Origin: an uncultured bacterium
Lineage (GTDB): Bacteria > Patescibacteriota > JABMPQ01 > CAVVCK01
DNA: 64,000 nt
Reading direction: 5' to 3'
Assembly (NCBI GenBank): GCA_963746775.1
Contig: CAVVCK010000002.1
Span: 431,656-495,655, forward strand
This document shows, piece by piece, positions 1-9,431 of this stretch (its first letter is position 1; the number at the start of each line of letters is the position of its first letter). The translations under genes were made by a program, and so were the position numbers. The notes beneath the pieces are model-generated. The model saw only the letters and a program-made list of their open reading frames with translations, was not told the DNA's origin and did no database searches.

Positions 1-399
1 TAATTTATCTTGGCTAAATCCAGGAGCTATCAAAAACATCAAATGATCCATAAATATAAAAATCAAACTAGAAATTACCACTGTAACTAAAAGTAAAATA
101 TTTAATAATGAATTAGCAATTTCCCAAGCTTCATTTTTTTTATCTTTAGATAAATACTTAACAAAAACTGGCACAAAGGCAGATGATAGGGCACCTAATA
201 TTAATAGATTAAAGATAAAATCAGGTATACGAAAAGCAGCATAATAAGCATCTAACATATCTCCAGCTCCAAATTTGGCAGCAAAAAGACGATCTCTTAT
301 TAAGCCTAAAAATCTACTCAATAAAGAGGAAATGCCTAAAATAAAAGCGCCACGAGAAATAGCGGATTTTGATGAAAAATTTTTAAAAAATTTAAACAT
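1..399 (-). CDS. murJ: Lipid II flippase MurJ/MviN, N-terminal fragment (gene starts at 399 and runs off the window start)
   Basis: Translation of the minus strand gives MFKFFKNFSSKSAISRGAFILGISSLLSRFLGLIRDRLFAAKFGAGDMLDAYYAAFRIPDFIFN, a typical MurJ N-terminus. ATG at 397-399. Confidence 0.7.
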   Translation of the reverse strand, partial: MFKFFKNFSSKSAISRGAFILGISSLLSRFLGLIRDRLFAAKFGAGDMLDAYYAAFRIPDFIFNLLILGALSSAFVPVFVKYLSKDKKNEAWEIANSLLNILLLVTVVISSLIFIFMDHLMFLIAPGFSQDKL

Positions 400-417
400 A
401 AATAAAATTATACCTTA

Positions 418-2769
418 TTACTCTTTCTTACCTAACACAAACCCATAAACTTTATCACTGTTTATTTTATCTTCAACCCTAAATGTATTTTGATCTACTT
501 TTAAATTATCTGGATATTGCCAAATTGACTCATAGTCTGAAGGAAATTCTATTTGAGCCTTAAAATTAACCATATTAGGAGTTCCTGGTTGTTTTTGGAC
601 TAATAAACTATGTTTTTCAGCTAATTTACTTCCTAATGATATTTTAAAAGGCAGCTTATATTTTAACACTATTTCTTTTTCTTCTCCTACCTCTAACCCA
701 GAAAAGTTCCCAAAAACTGTCTTACCACTTTCTTCCGTTATACGAGTCTGAGATGGCTCATGAATCACTGTACTATCCTCAATCTCTTTTATTAAAGAGT
801 CGTCCTTTGCATTTCCATCTGCAGGCATTAAAACATTATAAAATTGATTATCAAAGCCAGAAGCATCTATTAAAATACTTCCTTTGGGTACATAGAGCCT
901 GAGATAAGAAACATTCTTAGTTCTAGTCCAAAAATCATTTTTATCACCATTGTGTTTTCTTTTTATTTTAACAGTATTTATGATTGACCCATCTGACTGT
1001 ATCTCGGAATTATAATCTATTCCTTGATCTATCACCTGATCTGTTTTACCTCCTCCAATATTACTTGCTACTAAAGATAAATAGTCTCCTTCTGTCTCCT
1101 TAACTTCCCCTCCCCAACCAAAATCTTTAATTAAATTTTCTAACTCTTCATCGGAAAAGTAAATTAAAATATCTTTCTTATAAAAACTATTTATAAATGC
1201 ATCCAGAACTTCTGGCCACTTATCTTTGTCGACATTAGATATTTTTTCAAAAAATTTTGGAAATAAATCAGCAATAAATTTTTTAGGTTTATTTAATTGC
1301 TTATCGTAATCTATCTCGACTTCTTTTTGAGCTTCGTTGAAAAAATTTTCGGAGGTAACTGTAACATTATAATCAGGCATTTCAATCGGTCCAGTTACTT
1401 TTAATAAATCTTCAAAAACAGAAGCTGTGAAAGTAACTACACCATCAACAGTTGGTCCACCTGCTTTCTCTTGCATTATATTAACTTTTTCAGCTGATGT
1501 TGGAAAATCTAGAAACCAATTAGCATCACGCATATATAACCTGGTTTGTATTAAGCGCATAGCTTCAGGAGCTTTTACATTATCTGTCAGCTGGCCATCA
1601 ATATTATAGGGTCCCTCTATTTTTAAATTGTTAATTTTACCCTCATCCATATCAAAAATACCATAAGTACCAATAAATCCTCCTGTAGCTCTTAACTCAC
1701 GATTGTTTTGAAAAAGTAATAAATATTTACGAGGCTGATTATGACCCAATAACTTTAATATTAAATCTACGTGAGCTGAAAAATATTCTAAGCCTTTTTC
1801 TAATTTAGGAATGCTTGATTTAAGTATTATCACTTGTGATTTATACTCTTCGGGAAAATCTTCTGCTTTTACATCTTCTAAATCAAGATTTGCTTGTTTA
1901 ATATTTTTTTGAGCTAATAAAATGTTTTCATAAGAAGAAGCCAGAGCAGTAGTAAATGATATTTTATTGTAAGAGGGTACTTTTTCGTTATTTTCTCCCT
2001 TAAATTCTGAAAATATATCTTCGGTTTTTGAAAAAGGTTCAAAAGCCTGAGTTAAACATTTAGAAGCATAGGAAACATTGGCACCAGCCTCTAATAATTT
2101 TTCTCCAGAATAAATACTTGATCCGCCAGGTACTTCTCTTAATAAACGAGCTATTATCTCACCTGTTCTGCCTAATTCTGATCCAGCCGCTTCAAAACGC
2201 TCAGCCGCTACATTAAACTTATAAGAAGCGAGATTATAGTCTTTTTCCATTATCGATCCTTCACCTGACATTAAATATTGATAAGCCACATTTGTATCAT
2301 CTAATATTTTGCCTTTTGTCTTAGATAAATTATTATCAACAAAAGCAAACCCTTTAATTGAAGATGTAAAAAATAAAGCAATTATTATAAAGGCAGTAAA
2401 TGATTTTTTTAAAAACAATAGCTTTTTAAATGAAATAAGCCCATTAGTCACTTGGTTAAAATTAAAATTTTTAACCACTGATTTTATAGTATTTAGCAAA
2501 TATTTCAATACTTTATCGTTCTTTCCCTTAAAACTTAAAATACTACTATTTTCTAAGTTTTGATTGGTCGCTCTTTCTGTCCCCTGTAACCTTAAATTAG
2601 ACTGAGTCGATTCATTAAATATTTTGTTTTGCTTATTTATATCAATGCTTCTTTTCTTATATACTTTATTTTTTTGGTCACCAAAATATTCCTGTTTTCT
2701 TTTTATCACTAAAACAGGTTTGATATCTGAGTAAAACCTTTTTTTATTTTTATTTGATTTTTCCTCCAT
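418..2769 (-). CDS. DUF4012-like membrane-anchored protein (N-terminal TM helix, large extracytoplasmic domain)
   Basis: 783-aa ORF. Motif LLFQNNRELRATGGFIGTYG resembles the DUF4012 signature. N-terminal TM segment. Context is next to glycosyltransferases. Confidence 0.55.
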   Translation of the reverse strand: MEEKSNKNKKRFYSDIKPVLVIKRKQEYFGDQKNKVYKKRSIDINKQNKIFNESTQSNLRLQGTERATNQNLENSSILSFKGKNDKVLKYLLNTIKSVVKNFNFNQVTNGLISFKKLLFLKKSFTAFIIIALFFTSSIKGFAFVDNNLSKTKGKILDDTNVAYQYLMSGEGSIMEKDYNLASYKFNVAAERFEAAGSELGRTGEIIARLLREVPGGSSIYSGEKLLEAGANVSYASKCLTQAFEPFSKTEDIFSEFKGENNEKVPSYNKISFTTALASSYENILLAQKNIKQANLDLEDVKAEDFPEEYKSQVIILKSSIPKLEKGLEYFSAHVDLILKLLGHNQPRKYLLLFQNNRELRATGGFIGTYGIFDMDEGKINNLKIEGPYNIDGQLTDNVKAPEAMRLIQTRLYMRDANWFLDFPTSAEKVNIMQEKAGGPTVDGVVTFTASVFEDLLKVTGPIEMPDYNVTVTSENFFNEAQKEVEIDYDKQLNKPKKFIADLFPKFFEKISNVDKDKWPEVLDAFINSFYKKDILIYFSDEELENLIKDFGWGGEVKETEGDYLSLVASNIGGGKTDQVIDQGIDYNSEIQSDGSIINTVKIKRKHNGDKNDFWTRTKNVSYLRLYVPKGSILIDASGFDNQFYNVLMPADGNAKDDSLIKEIEDSTVIHEPSQTRITEESGKTVFGNFSGLEVGEEKEIVLKYKLPFKISLGSKLAEKHSLLVQKQPGTPNMVNFKAQIEFPSDYESIWQYPDNLKVDQNTFRVEDKINSDKVYGFVLGKKE

Positions 2770-2800
2770 TGTTTTTGTTTTGCTTTTAAAATTATATCAC

Positions 2801-2840
2801 AAATACGTAGGGGTTCAAAATTTTGAACCCCTACGTATTT
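2801..2840. terminator. Perfect 18-bp palindrome AAATACGTAGGGGTTCAAAATTTTGAACCCCTACGTATTT, likely terminator after the GT4 gene
   Basis: Inverted repeat read directly from the sequence. It lies between two co-oriented genes. Confidence 0.5.
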
Positions 2841-2858
2841 GTAAATTATGTTTCATAT

Positions 2859-3995
2859 TTATTTTACATTTTCATAAATTTTTTGTGTCTCCTTCGCACA
2901 ATCTATCCAATTAAACTTTTTTATCTGTCTATAACCGTTATTAATCATATTATTTCTTAGTTGCTTATCTTTTAAAACTTTTTCGATATTTAAAACTATA
3001 TCTTCCCTATCTTTAGAATTAAAATATATTGCCGCCCTACCCAATATTTCAGGTAAAGAAGAAGTATTAGACGATATAACCGGTAAACCAAAACTCATTG
3101 CTTCTAGTCCTGGCAAACCAAAGCCTTCTATAAATGAAGGAAAAATATAAAGACTAGCTTTGGTATATAAATAAGCTAAATCTTTCTGGGAAGCAAAACC
3201 AAAAAATACTATTGAATTATCATGTAAAAGTCCTGTGCTATAAGCATCTTGTTTTAATCTTTTATAAAAATAATCTTCTTTCCCAATTAAAACTAGCTGG
3301 TGTGAAAAATTATTTCTTTTTTTAAATTCTTTGTAGGCCTCAATCATTCCTTCTAAGTTTTTATGAGGATAAGCATTGCCTACATACAAAATATAAGGCT
3401 TGGTTATTTTATGCTTTTCTAAAAATCCCGGCTCCGGAATGGATAACTGCCCACTCTCTACTCCGTCACAAGCCTCATAAGTAACTTCTACTTTATCTGA
3501 TCTTATTTTAAAATAACTTATCAAATCTTTTTTGGTAAATTCCGAAACCGTAATAACCTTTTTCGCTCTTCTAACAGCTGAATTAATAGCTAACTTATAG
3601 CCCAAATATTTAAATTTATACAATAATGGCCCTAAGGTAGTTGCCCTTTTAGTTGGAAATCTTAATAAAATTAAATCATGAATAGTAACTACGAAATCCC
3701 CTCGATATAATACTGGCACATTAAAATGAGGAAAATGCATCAAGTCAATCTTGTGCTCTTTTATCAATTTAGGCATTTTTAATTGTTCATCTAACGAATA
3801 CCATTTTAAATCAGCAACTATCTTTTCAAAATTTTCATTTTCAGGAATATATTCATCAAAATTTTCTTGGCGTAAAAAAATAATATACTGATTTGTTCTA
3901 TCAACTTTTTCTAAATTCTTTATTAATTTTTCTGTATAACGTCCCAGGCCTTTACCTTTAGGGCCGTAAAAGCGAGCATCTATTCCAATACGCAT
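2859..3995 (-). CDS. Glycosyltransferase family 4 (GT4)
   Basis: N-terminus MRIGIDARFYGPKGKGLGRYT and C-terminal EGFGLPGLEAMSFGLPVI motif are typical of GT1/GT4 retaining glycosyltransferases. Confidence 0.85.
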   Translation of the reverse strand: MRIGIDARFYGPKGKGLGRYTEKLIKNLEKVDRTNQYIIFLRQENFDEYIPENENFEKIVADLKWYSLDEQLKMPKLIKEHKIDLMHFPHFNVPVLYRGDFVVTIHDLILLRFPTKRATTLGPLLYKFKYLGYKLAINSAVRRAKKVITVSEFTKKDLISYFKIRSDKVEVTYEACDGVESGQLSIPEPGFLEKHKITKPYILYVGNAYPHKNLEGMIEAYKEFKKRNNFSHQLVLIGKEDYFYKRLKQDAYSTGLLHDNSIVFFGFASQKDLAYLYTKASLYIFPSFIEGFGLPGLEAMSFGLPVISSNTSSLPEILGRAAIYFNSKDREDIVLNIEKVLKDKQLRNNMINNGYRQIKKFNWIDCAKETQKIYENVK

Positions 3996-4164
3996 AATAG
4001 AATAAATATAATTAGTATCAAAATTCCTAATTTCTAATAAAATTTTTAATATCCAATGACAAATTATTTTTGAAATTTGACATTTGGATTTTTATTAGGA
4101 ATTAGAAATTGGTAATTGGAAATTAAAACACTGTATTACATAAAACAATATTAGTATAATCCTA
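3996..4164. repeat. Family-1 intergenic inverted-repeat element (GGAATTAGAAATTGGTAAT words)
   Basis: Arms AAAATTCCTAATTTCTAATAAAA and TTTTATTAGGAATTAGAAATTGG flank a nested palindrome ATCCAATGACAAATT...AAATTTGACATTTGGAT. The words are shared with five other loci. Confidence 0.6.
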
Positions 4165-5304
4165 TTACTTTTTATCTTCAAGCACACTTAACACGCTCTT
4201 TGCACATTCTTCCCATCTAAACTCCTTCACTCTCCCTAATCCTTTATTAATCAACCTTTGTCGCAAATTTTTATCAACTATTCCATTATAAACACCCAAA
4301 GCCAAATCATCAATATTATAAGGATCAATCAACAAAGCTGCATCTTGACATACTTCCGGTAAAGAAGAAACAAAAGAAGTTACTACCGGCACTCCACAAG
4401 CCATCGCCTCTAGTGCCGGAAAACCAAAGCCTTCATAAAAACTAGGATAAACAAATAATTTGGTTAAATTATATAAATAAGGCTTATCTTCTTCTTCTAT
4501 AAATCCTGGAAAAATTATATCTTTTTTATATTTTGATTTTTCCCAATTTTCAAATATCTTTTTATAGCACCAAGCTTTCTCCCCCGCAATAACTAATTTA
4601 TTATTAATTTTATTCTGGTCTCTTAATTTTTCATAAGCAGATATAAGCCCTACAATATTTTTGCGCGGCTCTATTGATCCTAGTGATAAAATAAAATCTT
4701 TTGGTAAATTATATTTTTTTCTAATTTCTTCCAATTTATTGTCGTTATTACAAACCTTTAAATTCTCATTTATTCCAGAATATATTATCCTGATTTTTTC
4801 TTCCGAAATGCCATATGTTAAAACTAGGTCATCTTTAGTAGCTTCTGATACTGCAATAATGTAATCATTGTCTTTAGCTAATTTCTTGGGGTTTACCACT
4901 CTATGCCAGAGTCTTCTCTTTAATGAGTAGAAATGGGAATAATGAGAAAAGGCTAAATCATGGAAAGTAATAATGTTTTGGCAATTTTTATCTAATGAAT
5001 AAAAAGAAATATTTGGTGCAAAGAATATATCACAATCTAAGATTTTACTTATTTTGGGATAGTTAAATAAAACAAAAGACAAATTTAATAATTTATTAGG
5101 TATTTTTGTTTTTTTTATCTCTACATTAGGAAAATCAAAGGCCTTATCTATATCAAAGGAAGGACCCTTAAATGAATTAAAAAAAAGCTTATATTGATTT
5201 TCTTGATCAATTTTAAAAAGATTAGTTAGAAGATTCAGGGTATAACCCTCTACTCCTGTTCTTTTACCTTCAGATAACATGCGAATATCTATACCTATTT
5301 TCAT
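4165..5304 (-). CDS. Glycosyltransferase family 4 (GT4)
   Basis: MKIGIDIRML N-terminus and EGFGFPALEAMACGVPVV motif. Confidence 0.85.
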   Translation of the reverse strand: MKIGIDIRMLSEGKRTGVEGYTLNLLTNLFKIDQENQYKLFFNSFKGPSFDIDKAFDFPNVEIKKTKIPNKLLNLSFVLFNYPKISKILDCDIFFAPNISFYSLDKNCQNIITFHDLAFSHYSHFYSLKRRLWHRVVNPKKLAKDNDYIIAVSEATKDDLVLTYGISEEKIRIIYSGINENLKVCNNDNKLEEIRKKYNLPKDFILSLGSIEPRKNIVGLISAYEKLRDQNKINNKLVIAGEKAWCYKKIFENWEKSKYKKDIIFPGFIEEEDKPYLYNLTKLFVYPSFYEGFGFPALEAMACGVPVVTSFVSSLPEVCQDAALLIDPYNIDDLALGVYNGIVDKNLRQRLINKGLGRVKEFRWEECAKSVLSVLEDKK

Positions 5305-5358
5305 TTATTTTTAGCTAATTTATCTTATTATATTAAATAAATATTTTATATTCAACAT

Positions 5359-5390
5359 AAATAGCCTAAATATGAATATTTAGGCTATTT
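5359..5390. other. Perfect inverted repeat AAATAGCCTAAATAT-gaa-TATTTAGGCTATTT (hairpin)
   Basis: Seen directly. It is followed by a T-rich run on the plus strand. Confidence 0.4.
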
Positions 5391-5414
5391 TAAACTATTT
5401 TTCACAAAAAAACC

Positions 5415-5444
5415 TTGACATTATTACTATTATGTGTTATCCTT
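5415..5444 (+). promoter_or_regulatory. Sigma70-like promoter candidate (TTGACA, ~17 bp, TGtgTTATCCT) facing the GC-rich RNA region
   Basis: TTGACA at 5415-5420. Weak -10 with a TG extension. Orientation matches the downstream plus-strand structured region. Confidence 0.3.
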
Positions 5445-5489
5445 TATTGTTTGTTCATTTACAAAATTTCCTTTTCTCTTTATAGCCCT

Positions 5490-5960
5490 AAAATTTAAGG
5501 CTTTAATGAGGAAAGGAGGTAGCATGAGTAGCTACCCGAGTGGGTTTGTCTAACAATAGGCAAAAATGCGAACCAGACCAAGATTCGACGGGGCGTCGAG
5601 GTCTGGTTGAACTTATTTTCCCCGTTAAACCTCTAACTGACAGAAGAAAGGAGGTTAACCCTGATTAAATCAGATTATGGCATGACGGCTTGCCATTTTC
5701 TGAAGAGCAAGAATAACCGTCAAACCCCCTGCATATTAAGGAGGTAAAATGCAGGTACACAAACGCTGGTTAGCAATGCTAACTAGCGCGATCTGAGAAA
5801 ACGCCACTCAGATCGTACAGAGGCGGTTCCCTGGGAGTTACCGCCGGGCGAAAAACTCCCAAACGGCCACGCTCAAGGCCACACCGAGACAGGCGATCTC
5901 GGCATTGAGCACAGGGGGCAAGCACCACATCGATCTTTTGCTTCGCCCCCACCCTTTTCA
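5490..5960 (+). ncRNA. GC-rich structured RNA candidate of unknown class (tmRNA-like D-loop motif, but not a canonical tmRNA or RNase P)
   Basis: About 55% GC against a ~30% background. No ORF longer than 62 aa. Pseudoknot-capable stems GGCGG(5822-5826)/CCGCC(5841-5845) interleave with GGGAGTT(5833-5839)/AACTCCC(5854-5860). Several nested hairpins. Motif GATTCGACGGGG. Three AAGGAGGT-ATG mini-ORFs. A promoter-like site lies upstream and a terminator downstream. Confidence 0.45.
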
Positions 5961-5993
5961 GAAAATATAATTAAATTGTATTTTGTGAAAATT

Positions 5994-6022
5994 AAAAAAT
6001 CACGCCTTAGGCGTGATTTTTT
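5994..6022. terminator. Bidirectional rho-independent terminator AAAAAATCACGCC-ttag-GGCGTGATTTTTT
   Basis: Perfect GC-containing stem with A/T tracts on both sides. Confidence 0.65.
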
Positions 6023-6048
6023 ATTATCTATTATTTTATTCAAAGTAC

Positions 6049-6069
6049 AGACAGGTTTCAAACCTGTCT
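6049..6069 (-). terminator. Hairpin AGACAGGTT-tca-AACCTGTCT immediately after the stop of the Wzz-like gene
   Basis: 9-bp perfect stem, 5 nt downstream of the stop at 6074. Confidence 0.45.
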
Positions 6070-6073
6070 TACC

Positions 6074-6688
6074 TTATTCTTCTTCCTTCAAATATTCTCT
6101 AAAAAATGCCAACCCCAAACCAATAAATATACCACCCAATAAACCAAACGCACCTACCAAATAAGGGTTATATTTTTTTAAAGTAATAATGGGTTCATCC
6201 GCTTCTACAGAAAACGAACTGTTACCTTCAGCATTTATTTCTAGAGTTTCAACTTTTTTCTTAGTCTCCTCTACTAAGGCTTTAGATAATTTACCCACCA
6301 CATCTCTATTGCTATTATTTAACCTCACGTCTATTAAATGAGAAGATAATTGCTTTGTCTTAACTTTTTTAGCTTCTTGATAAGCATCGCTCATTTTATC
6401 TTCTAAACCTGCTTCTTTGTAAACTAGGATTATAACTTCTGGAGTCTCAAGCCAACCGGTAATAGTATTGCTTAAATATTCAGCTGCCTGAATTGAATAA
6501 TAATTATCATACTGAAAATCTTCTGTTTTTTCTCTTTCAACTCTATGAATAGTCATTAAGATTGAGGCGTCAAAGCTGTCTTTTTGTAAAAACCCTAAAA
6601 TTAAAGATAAAGCTCCACATAAAACCCCTATAATTATAATAAATTTAATTTTTTCTTTTAGCACTTTAAAATAATCCTTTAAGTTCAT
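6074..6688 (-). CDS. Wzz/CpsC-like polysaccharide chain-length determinant (PCP family)
   Basis: 204 aa with an N-terminal TM (IIIIGVLCGALSLILGF), a periplasmic coiled segment and a C-terminal TM (LVGAFGLLGGIFIGLGLAFF). Confidence 0.6.
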   Translation of the reverse strand: MNLKDYFKVLKEKIKFIIIIGVLCGALSLILGFLQKDSFDASILMTIHRVEREKTEDFQYDNYYSIQAAEYLSNTITGWLETPEVIILVYKEAGLEDKMSDAYQEAKKVKTKQLSSHLIDVRLNNSNRDVVGKLSKALVEETKKKVETLEINAEGNSSFSVEADEPIITLKKYNPYLVGAFGLLGGIFIGLGLAFFREYLKEEE

Positions 6689-6785
6689 AAGTTTATGTTG
6701 TTTAAATATTGTTAATTATAAATTTAGACATTGGACATTTATTCGCCATTCAGATTCCTTAATTCTTAATTTTTAACAAATTACA

Positions 6786-7904
6786 CTAACTATATGTGCT
6801 TCTAATTTTCTCTTGGTATTTACTATACTCTTCTTCCACATAATTCTTAATCTTTTCTTTAAATAATTCAATATCATATTGCTTGGCATGTTCTCTAATC
6901 GCTTCTGGATCATATTTTTCCGCATCAAATTCTCTAATCTTATCAACTAATTTCCAAGGAGTTTGTTCGTCAAAAAATTCTCCTGTTATCCCTTCTTTAA
7001 TAGTCTCCCTGGCTCCGCCTTTGCGTAAAGCTATAACCGGCCTGCCCGATGCCATAGCTTCTACGGCCGATATGCCAAAGTCTTCTTCCTGAGGATATAT
7101 CAAAGCTCGGCAAGATGATAAATATTTGCTTTTTTCCTCATCACTTAATGGTCCTAGAAATTCTATATTTTTCTTGGCTTTTTTCTTTAAATTGTCATAC
7201 TCTTCTCCCGTACCAATTATTTTTAAAGGATATTCTAAGGCGTTAAAAGCTTCGACAGCCAAATCAACACGCTTATATGGCCTAAGCCTGGATACAATTA
7301 AAAAGTAATCCCCCACACTTTTAGAAACATAAAATTTATCCGTTTCAACTGGAGGATAAATAATATCACTTTCTTTCCCATAATATTTTTTAATTCTATG
7401 AGCTACAGTTTTGGAATTAGCAATATATTTGTCTACTCTATCAGCTGCCACCCTATCCCATTGCCTTATTCTATTTAAAACTAAAGGGAGCATTCTTTTA
7501 ATAACTGCCGGCTGTTTTAGTTCTTCTGTATAGCTATGCGTATCATTCCATAAATACCTAGTTGGTGAATGGCAATAACTAATATGTAGCGTATCCGGCT
7601 GTACAATCACGCCCTTCGAATAAGCTGAGCTATCAGATAAAACCACATCATAGCCTGATAGATCTAATCTTTCGATTGCAGCTGGCATTAAACTTAAATA
7701 CCATTTATATTGGCCGGATCCTCCGGGTAATTTTTGAATAAAGGAAGTTCTAATATCCATATCTTCAAAAAGCCCCCTAGTCTCTTTCTTGTCATAAGTT
7801 AGAGTATAGACTGGGGCCTTAGGATATAGCTCGTGGAATATTTCTAAAACTTTTTCTGCTCCACCAACTTGGTTTAGAAAATCATGTACTAAGGCAACCT
7901 TCAT
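6786..7904 (-). CDS. Glycosyltransferase family 4 (GT4)
   Basis: MKVALVHDFLNQVGGAEKV N-terminus and EDFGISAVEAMASGRPVIA motif. Confidence 0.85.
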   Translation of the reverse strand: MKVALVHDFLNQVGGAEKVLEIFHELYPKAPVYTLTYDKKETRGLFEDMDIRTSFIQKLPGGSGQYKWYLSLMPAAIERLDLSGYDVVLSDSSAYSKGVIVQPDTLHISYCHSPTRYLWNDTHSYTEELKQPAVIKRMLPLVLNRIRQWDRVAADRVDKYIANSKTVAHRIKKYYGKESDIIYPPVETDKFYVSKSVGDYFLIVSRLRPYKRVDLAVEAFNALEYPLKIIGTGEEYDNLKKKAKKNIEFLGPLSDEEKSKYLSSCRALIYPQEEDFGISAVEAMASGRPVIALRKGGARETIKEGITGEFFDEQTPWKLVDKIREFDAEKYDPEAIREHAKQYDIELFKEKIKNYVEEEYSKYQEKIRSTYS

Positions 7905-7973
7905 AGGTTAGATATTAGTTAGTAGTTAGTGGTGATTAGTAGATTCTACTCATCACAAACTACTCACTACAAA

Positions 7974-9353
7974 CTAATACGCTGCCCTCCCTATTATCAC
8001 AATCACCAACGTTCTAAAAAATATTTGTAAATCTAATTTTAGTGACCAATTTTCAATATAATAAGTATCTAGTTTTACTTCATCATCAAATTCTAACTCT
8101 GCTCCTCCGCTTACTTGGGCCATACCAGTCATACCAGGTTTAATAGCTAAAACTTTCTTATGCCATTTCTGGTATTGAGCTACTTCTTCTGGCTCATGAG
8201 GACGTGGTCCAACTAAACTCATTTCATTTCTTAATACATTAAAGAATTGTGGTAATTCGTCAATACGAGTTTTTCTTAAAATTCTACCCACTTTGGTAAT
8301 TCTAGGATCATCTTTCATTTTGAATAAAGGCCCTTTACGTTCACTGTATTTTAATAATTTCTTTTTCATTTTGTGGGCATTTTCAACCATGGAACGAAAT
8401 TTATACATCTGAAATTCATTTTTATTACCTACTCTCTTTAGTTTAACAAAAACAGATCCCTTAGAACCAAGCTTGATTACGATTGCTACAATTAGGAAAA
8501 GTGGTGAAAATATTATTATTCCAATTAATGAACCAATAATGTCTAGAGATCTTTTTAAAATTCTTCCCCAACCATCCAATGGTGTTCTTTTAAGCTCGAC
8601 TAAAGGAAATCCAGCTAGAGGCCTGACATCTATATTAGTTGCCTGAGTACCAAAAAAATCAGGAACGTACTTAAAGTCAATCTTTGCCTCATCAGCAAAA
8701 TCTTTTATTTCTAAAGTTTTACTTTTGGATATTTTAGAATCTGTCTGGATAATTTCATCAATTCCTTTACTTTTGCTTATTTTCCCTAAAGAGCCCATAA
8801 CTGAATCATTATACTCTTTGATATGTGCTACAACTATATAGCCTGATAAAGGTTTTTCGAAATTGCGAATTAAGTGTTTGCTAGCTGATCCATTGCCAAT
8901 CAATACTACTCTGTAAACACCAATTCCATATTTATATAATCTTCTTTTTATAACACGAATTATAGACCGACCAAAGATAACAAATATAATTGACAGCAAC
9001 CAAGTCACAATAATTAAAAATCTAGATGAAAAAAGTTCAGCTCTTAAAAATATATAAAAAGAAAAAATAGCTACACAAACAGTAACTCCTATAAAAGCAC
9101 CGTACAAATCATCAATAAATCTCCTTTTGGATATTTTATAAAATCCTAATATAGCAAATACAAGAAGACAAAAAGGTGCAGCAACTAATATTAGCAGTAA
9201 ATATTTTGATAAAGATAAATCAAATAATATTGGTCTGACTTCTGTAAAATAATTGGTAAAACGTAAAAAATAAGAAGCAAGAGCTGCTAATAGTATCATT
9301 AAAAAATCTAACGGTAAAAGCACAACTGTAAAAAATAATTCCGATTTTTTCAT
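7974..9353 (-). CDS. Polyprenyl-phosphate sugar phosphotransferase (WbaP/EpsL-like initiating 'bacterial sugar transferase')
   Basis: N-terminal TM helices. C-terminal KFRSM...DELPQFFNVLRNEMSLVGPRP catalytic motif. Confidence 0.85.
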   Translation of the reverse strand: MKKSELFFTVVLLPLDFLMILLAALASYFLRFTNYFTEVRPILFDLSLSKYLLLILVAAPFCLLVFAILGFYKISKRRFIDDLYGAFIGVTVCVAIFSFYIFLRAELFSSRFLIIVTWLLSIIFVIFGRSIIRVIKRRLYKYGIGVYRVVLIGNGSASKHLIRNFEKPLSGYIVVAHIKEYNDSVMGSLGKISKSKGIDEIIQTDSKISKSKTLEIKDFADEAKIDFKYVPDFFGTQATNIDVRPLAGFPLVELKRTPLDGWGRILKRSLDIIGSLIGIIIFSPLFLIVAIVIKLGSKGSVFVKLKRVGNKNEFQMYKFRSMVENAHKMKKKLLKYSERKGPLFKMKDDPRITKVGRILRKTRIDELPQFFNVLRNEMSLVGPRPHEPEEVAQYQKWHKKVLAIKPGMTGMAQVSGGAELEFDDEVKLDTYYIENWSLKLDLQIFFRTLVIVIIGRAAY

Positions 9354-9431
9354 ATATTAAATAATTGACCGCAAACTCTTTATTAGTACAGACAAGTTTA
9401 AAACTTGTTTCTTCATTATTAACTTTAAATA

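Noticed and set aside
1427-2563. Short antisense ORFs inside long minus-strand genes (for example 1427..1609, 2309..2563, 4661..4864, 6883..7308, 12689..13021, 15420..15857 and many others in the track)
   Set aside because: All are fully embedded antisense to well-supported conserved genes. They have low-complexity composition and no SD, and are typical AT-rich-genome ORF noise.
5508-5790. 16S rRNA 3' end fragments, suggested by three AAGGAGGT motifs
   Set aside because: The flanking sequence does not match GATCACCTCCTT or the upstream 16S helix 45. The motifs are SD-like and are each followed by ATG.
5490-5960. tmRNA (ssrA), suggested by GATTCGACGGGG resembling the tmRNA D-loop motif
   Set aside because: There is no 5' GGGG acceptor strand with a complementary 3' end. 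There is no T-arm (GGTTCGAATCC-like) or CCA, and no tag reading frame ending in ALAA-type residues. The motif sits in the loop of a local hairpin (AACCAGACC/GGTCTGGTT).
5490-5960. RNase P RNA, suggested by GAGGAAAGGAGG near 5508 resembling GAGGAAAGUCC
   Set aside because: The J11/12 (AGGGUGAAA), GGUAAGAGCGCACC and P4 3' strand motifs are all absent. A bona fide rnpB with all motifs lies at 9432-9882.
5873-6164. Tracked ORFs 5873..6061 (-) and 5976..6164 (+)
   Set aside because: They overlap the GC-rich structured region and the terminator hairpins. They lack an SD and any protein-like composition, so they are likely spurious.
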